DNA of 64,000 nt from a virus (IMGVR_UViG_2773857985_000001:1-64000), one strand, 5' to 3'. Numbered from the stretch's first letter, positions 9,361 through 19,740 are shown. Numbers and translations: made by a program. The notes: generated by a model not told the origin, from the letters alone.

Positions 9361-10454
9361 CAGGCGTCCTCCTTCGCTGCGATCGTGGAGATCGGCAGGT
9401 CCCCCTCCTCGGACAGGGGTACGGTGAACGCGGCGACCTGGTGCAACTCTCTGGTGCCGTCCTCGTGGGTGACGCGGATGACGTCCCCCGGCTCCAAAGC
9501 CGGGTTGGGCAGCGAGCTGATGTCGCCGGTGGCGTTGGGGGTCTTGGCCTGCCGCAGCTTGAGGATGGCGGCCTGCTGGCAGGCGTTCTCCGACGTGAGG
9601 GTGCTGGAGGAGTAGAAGTCGGGGCGGCGCCCGAACGGGCCACCCCAGTACGTTGGGGAGCCGGGGTCGTCGTCGACGGCCAGCCACGACACCGGCGGGA
9701 TGTTCTCCGACGTGTTCTCGCCCCGCGCCAAGATCCCGTTGTGGACCTTCTCGCTGCTCATGGCCCGGTTGCCTTTGATGTAGACGCCGCCCTCGACGGC
9801 CTCCACCGCCCACACCGGTTCCGTCTCCAGCAGGTCCGGCAGGGTAGCGATCACGAACACTCCGTCCGCGTTCGCGTACACCTCAGCGCCGGCCGCAGCG
9901 GCGATCTCCTGGGCGCCGGCCCACGGGTCGGCCTCGACGTCGAAGGTGCGGGTGCCGATGATGGTGTCGTCGATGAGGCTGATGATGTCGGCGTCGGGGA
10001 GGCTGCGCTGGATGAGGGCGGTGACCGCGCCGACTACGGTGCCGGTGGCCGTCCACGGTTCGGTGAGTTTGTCGTCGGCGACGCACCCGGACAGGTCGAC
10101 GCCCTGCAGGTTGACCGGGCCTTCGTTGACGTCGCCGTCGACGGAGTCGAGGCGGAACACGCCCAGCGGCACCAGCTCCGGGGCGTCGGGGTTGCCGTAG
10201 TCGACGCCGCGGGAGATGCGGAGCCGGGCGCCGTAGGTGGCGAGTTGGTCGGTTGGCGTCCTCGGGATGACGGAGGGGTCGGCGACGGTGACGGTGCAGG
10301 TGCGGCGGATGGCCTGTCCGCGGTCGACCGTGACCGACCCGCCCGTGTGCTCCAGGTCGACGACCTCCCCGGTTGTCAGGAACAGCTGCACGCTGGTGGC
10401 GACGCGGTGCGATTCGGCGAGCCGTGCGAGAAAGCGGTCCGAGACGGGGTACAT
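9360..10454 (-). CDS. Minor tail / hub protein (DUF5047-like)
   Basis: GSVTVDRGQAIRRTC, PLGVFR, PNPALEPGD motifs. Confidence 0.8.
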   Translation of the reverse strand: MYPVSDRFLARLAESHRVATSVQLFLTTGEVVDLEHTGGSVTVDRGQAIRRTCTVTVADPSVIPRTPTDQLATYGARLRISRGVDYGNPDAPELVPLGVFRLDSVDGDVNEGPVNLQGVDLSGCVADDKLTEPWTATGTVVGAVTALIQRSLPDADIISLIDDTIIGTRTFDVEADPWAGAQEIAAAAGAEVYANADGVFVIATLPDLLETEPVWAVEAVEGGVYIKGNRAMSSEKVHNGILARGENTSENIPPVSWLAVDDDPGSPTYWGGPFGRRPDFYSSSTLTSENACQQAAILKLRQAKTPNATGDISSLPNPALEPGDVIRVTHEDGTRELHQVAAFTVPLSEEGDLPISTIAAKEDA

Positions 10455-10458
10455 GCGG

Positions 10459-12690
10459 TCACCCCGTTCGGCGGTCGAGCAGCAGATCCTCGCTGGTGGC
10501 GTACACGGGCAGCAGGTCGGCGCAGGTGGCGAACTCGGCGACCACGTCCTGCCAGGTGCGGCCTGCCGCTCCGTTGACGCCGGTAGTGACGGGCATGTCC
10601 TGCTCGGTCAGCGGGAGCGTCCAGGCCCGCCACTGCTCCTGGGCGAGCCGGGTGACGCGGTCCTCGGAGACGTTGGCGACGGCGATGTACATGTCGGCGA
10701 CGCCCATGCCGGGCGCGGCCTGCCACAGCAGGGTGTTGCCGGAGTCCAGCAATAGGTGGAGGGCTGCCCGTTCGGCGTCGGTGCGGGTCCAGATGGCAAG
10801 GTCGCCCTCCAAGCCCTGCCTTCTACCGCTCAGCACAACCTTGTTGCGTCGCCCGCGGACCACATGCACGGCCTGCTCGATGGGCCGCTCCCAGCCCGGG
10901 GCCGTCTGGACCACGACCAAGCAGTTCCGTTGCGGATTCCCCGGGTCCTTGATCCAGGCCGTGTTGATGTCGGCCAAGGTGAGGAGTACCGGATCCGTAG
11001 AGCGCGTGGATGCGATCACACCTGGGCTGCTGTACAGCTCGATGCGGTAGTAGACCTGGACGCCGAGCGGTGCTTCGTGGTCCTCCAGGATCATGGCGTC
11101 GCTGGTGATGGGCTGCTGGTCGATGAGCCCCGACGGGCCTCGGACCAGGGCCCGTAGGCCGTCCGGGGTGATCCGGTACACGCTGTACAGGTATCCGTCG
11201 GGCAGTTCCCGCAGCGTCAGCTGGATGTAGCCGTCTGTCGGGACTGCCGTCACGGAGCTGAGTGGCAGAACCTGCCACAGGGCGACCGCGTCCACCCACA
11301 GCACCGACGCTGCAGCCCCCGCAGCGGCGACCACCTCCACGGCCGCCTGCGCAGTACCGGCCGGGGCCACCGCATCCGATGTCAGCTGATACCAGCTGCC
11401 CGCCGGGAGCGCGTAGGCGAGGCCGGTGCTGGTGCCGAGGTCGCCGCCGCCGCCGTCGTACCAGTGGGTGCGGACCCGGACCGACGTCCAGGATCCGGCG
11501 CCTTGCCGGACGATGATCCGCGCCCGCCAGTTCACGCCCTCCGTGACCGGGGCCAGCGGAGACCGGATGGTCGATGTGGTTGCGGTCGGCGTGGTGGCGG
11601 CCAGCGCGTAGTTCCCGGCCCAGCCTGCGGCGCCCCACGGTGTGGTACGGGCCAGGGTTGCGGCGCCTGCGGTGACCGTCCATCCGCCGATGCCCTGCTC
11701 GAAGCTGCTGCTCGCGTAGGGCAGGACGGTGCCGGTGACGAGCGGAATGAGGGCTCGGACGACGACGGTCTCCAGGCGCAGCACCTGCCCTGCGGCGGCA
11801 CCGTCAATGCCCGCAGCGAACCCGCAACTGGCGGCGCCCGCAGGGGCGACGGCCGACAGAAGCTGCCGGTAGAAGCCGGTGCCCGGAGCCGCAAGCGCCG
11901 CCCGCGTCGCCTGGATCTGGTTGCCGTTGCTGTCGAAGAACCGCAGCTCGATCCAGCAGGCCGACGCCATCGTCGGCGGCTGCAGATAGGCGTAGCAGAG
12001 GTACTCGGCGCCTGGGGTGACCGTCGGCCGGTCCACGGAGCCGACCGCGGCATTGCCTGCTGCGCTGGCGGTGACGGCGAGGGTGTGGCCGCCCGCGTAG
12101 TACCAGTCGACGGCCCAGGACACGACCGGCACCTGCCGGGAGATCGTCGCGTTGACTTCCGGTGTCCAGCCGGACGCGTCCAGCTCGGTGGATTCGGTTC
12201 CGAAGCCGAACAGGTTGCCCGTCGTGCGGACAGGCAAACCCAGGTACACGTTCTCGAAGTAGGACACAACGCCCGCGGCGGCCGGCGTCATCATCGACAG
12301 CACTACCTGCGCCTTCGCTGCCCCGACGGGGGCGGTTCCGGCGACGCTGATGCGGTGCCATGCTGCGGCGGCGGCCATGGTGACCAGCGACCACGTGATG
12401 CTGATCTCCGCTCCGGCCGCGGTGAGCCAGCGGATGCCGATGCGTTCGGGGACGGTGGCTCCGGAAGCGTCGGCGAACGCCTGATAGGTGACGCCAGGGA
12501 TGATGGTGTAGGAGGAGACGGTGCGGACCTGTGCCTCGCCTGCTGCGAGAGATCGGACGAGGAGGCAGCCGTCTCCGTTTCGGCCGCCTGCCCCCTTCGC
12601 GGGCAGGCAGTTCGACTTGGTCGTCCAGCCGGAGATGTTCGGATCGACCATCTCGGTGGTCGGGCTGAGGAGGTTCCCGGGGATCGCCAA
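10459..12690 (-). CDS. Distal tail protein with repeated carbohydrate-binding-like modules
   Basis: Three NL..SFE..GW / APAGA repeats; follows the TMP. Confidence 0.8.
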   Translation of the reverse strand: MAIPGNLLSPTTEMVDPNISGWTTKSNCLPAKGAGGRNGDGCLLVRSLAAGEAQVRTVSSYTIIPGVTYQAFADASGATVPERIGIRWLTAAGAEISITWSLVTMAAAAAWHRISVAGTAPVGAAKAQVVLSMMTPAAAGVVSYFENVYLGLPVRTTGNLFGFGTESTELDASGWTPEVNATISRQVPVVSWAVDWYYAGGHTLAVTASAAGNAAVGSVDRPTVTPGAEYLCYAYLQPPTMASACWIELRFFDSNGNQIQATRAALAAPGTGFYRQLLSAVAPAGAASCGFAAGIDGAAAGQVLRLETVVVRALIPLVTGTVLPYASSSFEQGIGGWTVTAGAATLARTTPWGAAGWAGNYALAATTPTATTSTIRSPLAPVTEGVNWRARIIVRQGAGSWTSVRVRTHWYDGGGGDLGTSTGLAYALPAGSWYQLTSDAVAPAGTAQAAVEVVAAAGAAASVLWVDAVALWQVLPLSSVTAVPTDGYIQLTLRELPDGYLYSVYRITPDGLRALVRGPSGLIDQQPITSDAMILEDHEAPLGVQVYYRIELYSSPGVIASTRSTDPVLLTLADINTAWIKDPGNPQRNCLVVVQTAPGWERPIEQAVHVVRGRRNKVVLSGRRQGLEGDLAIWTRTDAERAALHLLLDSGNTLLWQAAPGMGVADMYIAVANVSEDRVTRLAQEQWRAWTLPLTEQDMPVTTGVNGAAGRTWQDVVAEFATCADLLPVYATSEDLLLDRRTG

Positions 12691-12701
12691 GGTGGGCCTC
12701 C

Positions 12702-15700
12702 TCAGTTCGCTTTGATGACCTGGATGAGCTGCTGCTGGGAGTCGAGGACGCGGACGTCGATGAAGTCGGCGAGCGCCCGGTCCTGGGTGTGGATTTCGAC
12801 GGTGACGGGGTTGTCTCCGCCGCCCCGGGCCAGGTCATTGAACTGGCGCCCGGTGAGCACCGGCTCGGGCCGCCCCGTGCCGTTGTAGGCGAGGTTGAAG
12901 CCGGGCTGGAGCATGCCGCCGTTGTCGTACTTGCCGGGCTGGAAGCCGTACCAGGAGGTGAACAGGCTGTCCTTGTAGGAGCGGGCCCGGGGGCCGACGA
13001 CGACACCATCGCCGCCCCTCGACTCGACGTTGGTTTTGCCGAGGGTGCCTGCGGTGTGGCCCACACCGGCATTCGTGATGCCGATCTTGAAGGGGCTGTT
13101 GCCGTGGTACACCCACCCGGGCGGGGCTGTGCGGCCGGAGAACGCCATCGTCGCCCACCTGCGGTGTGGCTTCTGGCCGCGGATGACGGACTCGATCGCC
13201 GACATGAGGCCCGAGCAGTCCCAGCTGGGATTCCCGTTGCCCGCCCACTGGTAGGGCAAGCCGTTCTGGGTCTTCACCCACTTCAGGGCGGCTTGGATGC
13301 GGGGGCCGCCGATGCCGCCGCCGCCCTTCTTGTCCGCCTCCTTCGAGTACCCGAACAGCGCGTCAATGATCTTGTCGGGGACTTTGCGGATCATCTGGCC
13401 GAAGCCGGTGTCCATGCCGGGGAACCGCTTCAGCAGCGGGTCCACGACATGTTTCACCCCGGCGCGGGCAGAGTTCTCGAGGCCGTCCTTCAGCCACGAC
13501 GCCCCCGCCTTGATCGCATTCCAGGCCTTCGATCCGGCGCCGACCGCCGACGATGCAGCATCCTTGATCCAGCCGAAGATGCCGCCGTCCGCGAAGCGCT
13601 GCATCGGGTAGGTGCCGCCGGACGCGTACTTCAGGGACCGGTCCGTCGGCGTCATCGGGTTGCCGCCGAACACGGGGGCGAGGGCCGCCTTCACGCCCTG
13701 CGTGCCCTGCGATTTGGCGACCGAGTTCATGGTGTTGACGAAGCCGGAGCCGACAGCCCTGGTGAACTCTGGCCGCATGATGGCCTCGCCGCCGGAGAGG
13801 GCGAGGCCGCCGCCGGTCGGCGAGTAGAAGGTGTGCACGTCACGGCCAGGCGTATAGCCGGGCATGACGCCGCCGGAAGCGAACTTGAACCAGGGCAGCT
13901 TCTTCGCACCGAAGGCGCCCGCGATCTTGTTCCAGACGCCGCGGATGCCGTTGTTATACACGGTGTCGACGACGAACTGGACAGGATCCTTCGCATAGCC
14001 GCGGATCTTGTTGAAGGCGTTCTTGATGCCGACCGCGGCCGACGCGAACGCCTCAACCATGTTGCTCTTCAACGTCCGACCCCACCCGGGGATGGTCTTG
14101 GTGAAGAAGTCCCGGATCGGCCAGATCACCGACGACTTCAGGTTTCGCCACGCGTTGAGGGCGCCGACCGACACGTCCACCCACGCCTTGACGAACCTGC
14201 TCTTCAGCGTGTTCGCCCAGCCCGGGATCGTCTTCGTGAAGTAGTCACGGATCGGGTAGATCACCCACGTCTTGACGAGGACCCAGCCGGCCTTGAAAAC
14301 GGCGGGCAGCGTCCTCGTCCAGAAGGTCGCGAACGGGCCCGCCAACCAGTCCTTCACGACCTTCGCGCCCAACTGAATGGCCAGCCACACGGCCTTGACC
14401 GCATCCCGGAACCACTCGCACTTCGTGTACAGCAGCACGATCACCGCGACGACCGCGGCGACCGCGATCACGATCCAGCCCCACGGCCCGGCCGCCGTCA
14501 CCAAGTTGAAGGCGGCCATCGCGGCAGACGCCAGCGTCATAGCGCCCCGCCACAGGACGAGGCCGAGCCGCCACGCAGTCATCGCGACGACAATCCCGTA
14601 GATGCCCTGGATGACCCACGGGGCCTTATCGGCGATCCAGCCGATACCCGCAGCCGTCTGCTCCACAGCGGACAGCACCAGCCTCTGCACCGGAATGAGC
14701 GCCTGAGCCACCGACACAGCCGCCCCCGCCAACTCCCGCAGTGCAGCCCCCAGCCGTGGCCCCATCTCCGCGCTGTAGTCCAGAAACCGCTCAAACTCCG
14801 GGCTGCCCTTGAGGCCCGTGCCCCAGGTCGCGAAGCGGCCCGTCAGGTCCTGCATCCGCGATGAGATCGAATCCATGTGCGGCAGGAAGGCCTGCACCAC
14901 CCCGGCCATGCCCTTGAAGACCCGGCCGAAGGACACACCCAAGCCCTCGATCGCCGGATCCACCGAGCCCTGCAAGTCCTGCTTGAAGCCCTTCCACCAG
15001 GGCGACTTGAAGCCCCGCGACACCCGGTCCTGTAGACGGCCGATCGCGCCCGCCGCCGCCAGCACAAACGGCGTCAATCCCGGCAAGCTATTCTTCAGCC
15101 CGTTGATCGCCCGCGTGAACAGCGGCATCACCGCAGGCTGCAAGCTGCGTGACCACGCCGAGAACGCGTCCTTCAACCCGAGGACCGCGTCATACGTTTC
15201 CCTGGCCGCCGGCGTCAGCTTCGCCAACTCGGCCTGGTACTTGGCCTGCGCGATGGCAGCCTGATCAACGCCCCCGGCCGCCGAAAGCGACGCGGAGGCG
15301 ATCTGGCGCTGGGCAGAGGCGATCGAGTCGGCGGCCGACTGCTGCGCCTGCGCCAACTGGTCCTGGGCGCGGGCCACCGAGCGGGCCCCGTCTTCCTGGG
15401 TGCGGGCGACGTTGCGCTGCGCCTCAGCAACCTTGCCCTGGGCGTCGGCGATGTCCCGCTGGGCCTGCACCTGCTGGCGGGCCGCCTCCTGCCGGGCCTT
15501 GGTCAGAGTCTTCTGCTGGTCGGTGACGCGCTTCTCGGCGTCCTGAAGACGCTCCTGTGCATCCCGGACTCGTTCGGATCCGTCGACCCCGGCAGCGTCG
15601 GCGGCCTTCTTCTCCGCCGCCAGATCCTTCGTCTCGGACCGCTGGTCCTTGAGTCGCTGCACGGCCTGGTCGTAGGCGAGCTGGGCGCGCTGCCGGTCCA

Positions 15701-17399
15701 GCTCCGAAGCGTTGGCGCCCGCCGCCTGCACGGCGCGAAGCTTCTGCTCCGCCTCCTGCACCGACAGCGTGGCGTCCCGCTCCGACAGCTTCGCGTTGGC
15801 GAGCCGGGACTCCATGTCGGCGAGTTCCTGAGCCGCCGCCGCGCGGGCATCGGTCAGATCCTCCTGGGCCCGGATCGCGTCCCGCTGCGCGTCCGCCAGG
15901 GACTCCTCAGCCGTCGCGACCTGTTCGGCGGCCTGCCGCTGCCGGTCCGCAGCCTGCTGCACCGCATCGGACAGTGCCCGCTTCGCCTGCGCGACCTGGC
16001 CGGCGGCCCGCTCGTTGGCCTCCGCCGCGGTCCGTACCGCGTCGCCGACGGACTGCTCGGCCTGCCGGATCTGCCGTGCGGCGTTGCGGTGCGCGGTCGC
16101 CAAAGACTGCTGGGCGCCCGCCATCTGCATGGCCTTCTGGGCGCCCTGCGCGGACGCCTGCCCGCCCTGCAGTGACGCCTGCGTCGCCGCATCCTGGGCG
16201 GCCTTCTGCGCCTGCATCACCTTGCTCATCTGCATGAACGCAGGCACAGCCACCAGCGCGATCGAACCGATACCGACCGCGGCGGCCGTCGCCGCAGCCG
16301 CGATCGCGCCCAAACCGGCCGCCGCCACCGGCAGCACAGGCAGCAGCGCCGGACCGAGCGCGACCGCCGCACCGATCAGCAACTGCATGCCATTCACGCG
16401 GACGTTGACGCTCGCCGTCTGCCCGTCCAACCGGTTGACGGCCGCCTGGACCGTCGCAAGCTGGGCGTAGGCAGACGCCGCATCCGCCCGCACGTTGACC
16501 TCGGCCCGCCGCCCACGAAGGCGGTCCAGGCGCACACCAATGTTGTAGAGCGCCGCGTCTGCGGCACCTGTGTCCGCATCCACCCGGGCCTGGGCGCGCT
16601 GCCCCGAAATGCGGAACAAACGGTCGCGGATCTCAGCGAGCTGAGCCTGCGCCGTCGCGGCATCAATGTCGATGCCGATCCGCTTGTCCTTGAGTTCCGT
16701 CAGCTTGGCGCGCAGCCGGGCGATCTCGACGTCGACGCGAGACGAGTCGGCCGTGATGTTGATGTTGGGAAGGGATTCCTCGGCCGCCTGAATCTGCGCC
16801 CGGAGACGCTGGCCAAACGCGCCGTCCGTCTCTACGCGAATCCGCAGAGGATCAGCAGACACTTCGTCGATCTGCTCCCGCAGCAGCCGCAACTGTGCGA
16901 TCGCCCGCGCCGTGTCAGCCCTGACCGCGACGTCCGGATGGGCGGCCCCTATCCGGCGCAGCCGCTCCTCGATGTCCGCAGCCTGAGCGCGGGCCGTCTC
17001 AGCGTCGATATCGATGCCGATGGTCTTGCCGGCCAGCGACTCCAGCTTGGCCCGCAGCCGGGCCAGGTCCGCGTCGACGCCGGTGTCGTTCAGACCGACG
17101 TTGAGCTTGGGCATGCTGCGGAACGCGGCCTCCAGCCGGGCCCGCAGCGACCGGGCGAACGCCCCACCCGTCTCCTCGCCACCCCGAGCCGCCGAAGGCC
17201 GGGCGGCCCGCGCCCCGTTCTGGACACCGTCACGAACCGCCGGAGCGATCCGGGCGGCAAGCTGCTGGCCGATGATCCGGCCGACCTCGTCGCCGATCTG
17301 TGACGCCGTAGGCACCAGCGCCGACCGGAGCCGGCGGTGGATACCGCGCGCATTGGGCAGAACATCGACTTCGACGGAGCCGACGGAGATAGCAGGCAC
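12702..17399 (-). CDS. Tape measure protein with C-terminal NlpC/P60 peptidoglycan hydrolase domain
   Basis: 1565 aa, coiled coil and amphipathic repeats, FASGG; PYQWAG...WDCSGL...GHT catalytic motif. Confidence 0.93.
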   Translation of the reverse strand: MPAISVGSVEVDVLPNARGIHRRLRSALVPTASQIGDEVGRIIGQQLAARIAPAVRDGVQNGARAARPSAARGGEETGGAFARSLRARLEAAFRSMPKLNVGLNDTGVDADLARLRAKLESLAGKTIGIDIDAETARAQAADIEERLRRIGAAHPDVAVRADTARAIAQLRLLREQIDEVSADPLRIRVETDGAFGQRLRAQIQAAEESLPNINITADSSRVDVEIARLRAKLTELKDKRIGIDIDAATAQAQLAEIRDRLFRISGQRAQARVDADTGAADAALYNIGVRLDRLRGRRAEVNVRADAASAYAQLATVQAAVNRLDGQTASVNVRVNGMQLLIGAAVALGPALLPVLPVAAAGLGAIAAAATAAAVGIGSIALVAVPAFMQMSKVMQAQKAAQDAATQASLQGGQASAQGAQKAMQMAGAQQSLATAHRNAARQIRQAEQSVGDAVRTAAEANERAAGQVAQAKRALSDAVQQAADRQRQAAEQVATAEESLADAQRDAIRAQEDLTDARAAAAQELADMESRLANAKLSERDATLSVQEAEQKLRAVQAAGANASELDRQRAQLAYDQAVQRLKDQRSETKDLAAEKKAADAAGVDGSERVRDAQERLQDAEKRVTDQQKTLTKARQEAARQQVQAQRDIADAQGKVAEAQRNVARTQEDGARSVARAQDQLAQAQQSAADSIASAQRQIASASLSAAGGVDQAAIAQAKYQAELAKLTPAARETYDAVLGLKDAFSAWSRSLQPAVMPLFTRAINGLKNSLPGLTPFVLAAAGAIGRLQDRVSRGFKSPWWKGFKQDLQGSVDPAIEGLGVSFGRVFKGMAGVVQAFLPHMDSISSRMQDLTGRFATWGTGLKGSPEFERFLDYSAEMGPRLGAALRELAGAAVSVAQALIPVQRLVLSAVEQTAAGIGWIADKAPWVIQGIYGIVVAMTAWRLGLVLWRGAMTLASAAMAAFNLVTAAGPWGWIVIAVAAVVAVIVLLYTKCEWFRDAVKAVWLAIQLGAKVVKDWLAGPFATFWTRTLPAVFKAGWVLVKTWVIYPIRDYFTKTIPGWANTLKSRFVKAWVDVSVGALNAWRNLKSSVIWPIRDFFTKTIPGWGRTLKSNMVEAFASAAVGIKNAFNKIRGYAKDPVQFVVDTVYNNGIRGVWNKIAGAFGAKKLPWFKFASGGVMPGYTPGRDVHTFYSPTGGGLALSGGEAIMRPEFTRAVGSGFVNTMNSVAKSQGTQGVKAALAPVFGGNPMTPTDRSLKYASGGTYPMQRFADGGIFGWIKDAASSAVGAGSKAWNAIKAGASWLKDGLENSARAGVKHVVDPLLKRFPGMDTGFGQMIRKVPDKIIDALFGYSKEADKKGGGGIGGPRIQAALKWVKTQNGLPYQWAGNGNPSWDCSGLMSAIESVIRGQKPHRRWATMAFSGRTAPPGWVYHGNSPFKIGITNAGVGHTAGTLGKTNVESRGGDGVVVGPRARSYKDSLFTSWYGFQPGKYDNGGMLQPGFNLAYNGTGRPEPVLTGRQFNDLARGGGDNPVTVEIHTQDRALADFIDVRVLDSQQQLIQVIKAN

Positions 17400-17420
17400 C
17401 AGGAGCCTCCTCCCGGCGCC

Positions 17421-17873
17421 CTATGCGGCGCCCCCTTGCAGCAGCTCAAACAGGGTGTTCGCGGACTTGTTGGTGAGCTGCGCCTTCTTCCGCGGCCCCG
17501 CGCCCGGCCGGCGCATCGCCTCGGGCGGATCCGGTCGCTTCGACTTCTTGTCGACGTTCAGGCAGATCAGCGTCCACTCCATGTGGCGGACCGCATCCAC
17601 GGCGGAGGCCAGCAACTGCTCCTGCTGTGACCAGGGGGCCTTCTCCGGCTCGCCCTTGTCGGCCTGCTCGGCGAGCTGCTGCGGCGTGAGCCCGTTGCGG
17701 AGGGCGGTCATGGTGTGCGATTCGGGTGGCAGGTGCTCGATGAAGACGCGCAGCCACCGCCACGAACGCCTGCCGGTGAGGACGTCCGCGATGTCGTAGT
17801 GCCGCTCGATGAGGTCGGCTTCTACCGCCTCCGGGTGGGCCTGCCAGATCGCGATCGTCCCCTGGACTTTCCC
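17421..17873 (-). CDS. Tail assembly chaperone, -1 frameshift extension (gpT-like)
   Basis: No own start/SD; entered by a -1 shift at GGGAAAG giving GKVQGTIAIW... Confidence 0.8.
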   Translation of the reverse strand, partial: GKVQGTIAIWQAHPEAVEADLIERHYDIADVLTGRRSWRWLRVFIEHLPPESHTMTALRNGLTPQQLAEQADKGEPEKAPWSQQEQLLASAVDAVRHMEWTLICLNVDKKSKRPDPPEAMRRPGAGPRKKAQLTNKSANTLFELLQGGAA

Positions 17874-18250
17874 AGGGACTCCCCCGACTTGGCGCTGGCG
17901 TCCTCGACGAACGCGTTCCACTCCTCGAGCGTCGGGTCGATGTCGAGGTAGAACTCGTAGTCGTCCGGGTGGAGGATCTTCTGCGCGAAGGTGTCGATCT
18001 GCCCCTGGTTGAGGGCGCGTGTCCAGGAGGCCCGCCACATCGACGGCGGCACCACCTGCACGTCCTCGCCGCACAGGTCAGCGGTGACGTAGCCGTCGGC
18101 TTCGATCTCCTGCGCTTCGGCAGCCGACACTTCAACGTCATCGGTCTCCGGCTCCACGTCCGGCTCGACCGCCCGCCGGGTGGCGGGGCGGGATGCGGCA
18201 CGGGCCGCAGTGCGCGGCTTCCTGCTGGTGCTCTTGCTCGTGGTGGCCAC
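17822..18250 (-). CDS. Tail assembly chaperone (gpG-like)
   Basis: Between major tail and TMP; ends ESLGKS... Confidence 0.85.
   Translation of the reverse strand: MATTSKSTSRKPRTAARAASRPATRRAVEPDVEPETDDVEVSAAEAQEIEADGYVTADLCGEDVQVVPPSMWRASWTRALNQGQIDTFAQKILHPDDYEFYLDIDPTLEEWNAFVEDASAKSGESLGKSRGRSRSGRPTRRR
17867..17873 (-). other. Programmed -1 frameshift slippery site G GGA AAG
   Basis: CTG GGA AAG in the chaperone frame; same heptamer as lambda gpG/GT. Confidence 0.85.
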
Positions 18251-18344
18251 GGCGCGGGCTCCTTCATGTCAGGGCGCGGGCAAGGATGGTGGTGAAGGTG
18301 GGCGGGCCGGGCCCGCGCCGACGGTGATCGGCCCGCCCACCAGC

Positions 18345-18932
18345 TCAGGACCCGGTGTACGCCTCGGTCTCAGGCACCCGGTCGAAGTGATAGACCGTGT
18401 TCCCGGCGAGGTCCGGGTAGGCGGTGATCGTCCACTCGTAGCCGGCGACCTCAGACTGCTGGTGATTTACGTCCGACCGCTCCGTGATCTCCCCCTCCGG
18501 CACGTAGAAGCCGCGCTGGAAGTTGTCGCCGTCGAGGACGATGAACCAGAACGCCCTGCGGTCCGGCTCCGGGGACGCGGTCTCCGCGAACGACGTGAGA
18601 CCGTCGACCGGGGTCAGGTCCGCCGAGTCGAGTCGGTACTGCAGGGCCTGCACGGTCGTCCGTCCGGTCTCCCACACCGTCAGCCCGAACGTCCGCAGCG
18701 AGCTGGTGATGGTGGTGCGGATCGGCGCCGTGTACCCCCACGGCGTGAACGACTCCGAGTCCTCCTCGAAGCCCTGCACCAGACCGTCGTCGCTGATGGC
18801 GCCGAGCGGCAGCCACGGGCCCACCGGCTGAATCGCCGGATCCCCGGGCGACGACGTGCCCAGCGGCGCCGTCCAGCCGGCCCCGTTCGCGCCGACCTCC
18901 AGCAGATCCGCAGCGCGGGTGATGTTGACCAT
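18345..18932 (-). CDS. Major tail (tube) protein
   Basis: WLPLGAISDDG, TPW, YEWTITAYPD motifs; GGAG SD before ATG 18932. Confidence 0.9.
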   Translation of the reverse strand: MVNITRAADLLEVGANGAGWTAPLGTSSPGDPAIQPVGPWLPLGAISDDGLVQGFEEDSESFTPWGYTAPIRTTITSSLRTFGLTVWETGRTTVQALQYRLDSADLTPVDGLTSFAETASPEPDRRAFWFIVLDGDNFQRGFYVPEGEITERSDVNHQQSEVAGYEWTITAYPDLAGNTVYHFDRVPETEAYTGS

Positions 18933-19006
18933 GATGTCTCCAGACATGCGTGAAGCCCGCGCACGGGCGGGTGGTGAAAGGGGCCTGGCGCGGGCCGAAC
19001 AGCCGG

Positions 19007-19399
19007 TCAGGAAACCGGGTGACAGAAGATCTCGAAGGTGCCGCCGACGCGGCGCAGGGCGGTGTTCTCGTAGGGCCGGGCGGCGGGCAGGGTGACGACA
19101 TCGGCGCGGCCGATGGTCAGCGTGCTGGTGGTCGAGCCACGCAGCTCCCGCTCCACCCAAGCGACGGTCTCGCGGGCCAGGTCGAACGCCGCCTGGCGGG
19201 TGGCCGCGTACACGTCGATGTCGACGAGCATCCGCGCCAGCCGGCTGGCCGCAAGGTCACCGCCCGGGACCTGCGTGATCTGGATCGTCGGCAGCTCGTC
19301 CAACAGGCTGTTGTCCAACTCGTCGCGGACCACAGCGGCGGGCCAGCGGGCCTGAGCCCGAGGAATCAGTTCGCCCTCGATGTCAACGACGACGATCAC
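19007..19399 (-). CDS. Tail terminator
   Basis: Position; VDIDVYAAT motif. Confidence 0.75.
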   Translation of the reverse strand: MIVVVDIEGELIPRAQARWPAAVVRDELDNSLLDELPTIQITQVPGGDLAASRLARMLVDIDVYAATRQAAFDLARETVAWVERELRGSTTSTLTIGRADVVTLPAARPYENTALRRVGGTFEIFCHPVS

Positions 19400-19725
19400 T
19401 GGTTCCGCCCACCGATCTGCGCGGCCCGCAGCAGCACGTGGTGGGCGGTGACTTTCTCGGTGCCGTACTCCACCCAGCGGGCGTAGTAGGCGGTGTTGCG
19501 AACGTAGCCGACAGCGCGGTCTCGGCGTCGGCCGCCGCGCCTCGTGCTGTCCGTCTCCCACGACTCCTTGTAGTGCCCCGGGTCAGGACTGTTCTGGTCG
19601 ACCGGGGAGAGGGCGACGGCGACGCTCTTGATGACCTCCGCGCGGCGCAGCATCTCCGCTTCCATGCCGGGCATGCGCAGCATCTGCCCGATGCCCTTCC
19701 GCTTCGGCTTGAACCTGGCAGCCAC
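19396..19725 (-). CDS. HK97 gp10-like neck protein
   Basis: SPVD..GHYK, YARWVEYGT motifs. Confidence 0.85.
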   Translation of the reverse strand: MAARFKPKRKGIGQMLRMPGMEAEMLRRAEVIKSVAVALSPVDQNSPDPGHYKESWETDSTRRGGRRRDRAVGYVRNTAYYARWVEYGTEKVTAHHVLLRAAQIGGRNQ

Positions 19726-19740
19726 CAGTACCTCCCTCGG

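Noticed and set aside
8119-12690. Diversity-generating retroelement or invertible tail-fibre cassette
   Set aside because: No reverse transcriptase, template/variable repeat pair or flanking inverted sites seen; the resolvase is not adjacent to the tail genes
12789-14864. 691-aa plus-strand ORF, and similar long antisense ORFs (23962-25677, 26202-27488, 31734-33221, 47164-48552)
   Set aside because: Shadow frames opposite well-supported genes, expected in high-GC DNA; no recognisable motifs
15240-16240. Repetitive AQ/EA-rich sequence in the tape measure gene
   Set aside because: Ordinary coiled-coil protein repeats, not a DNA repeat element
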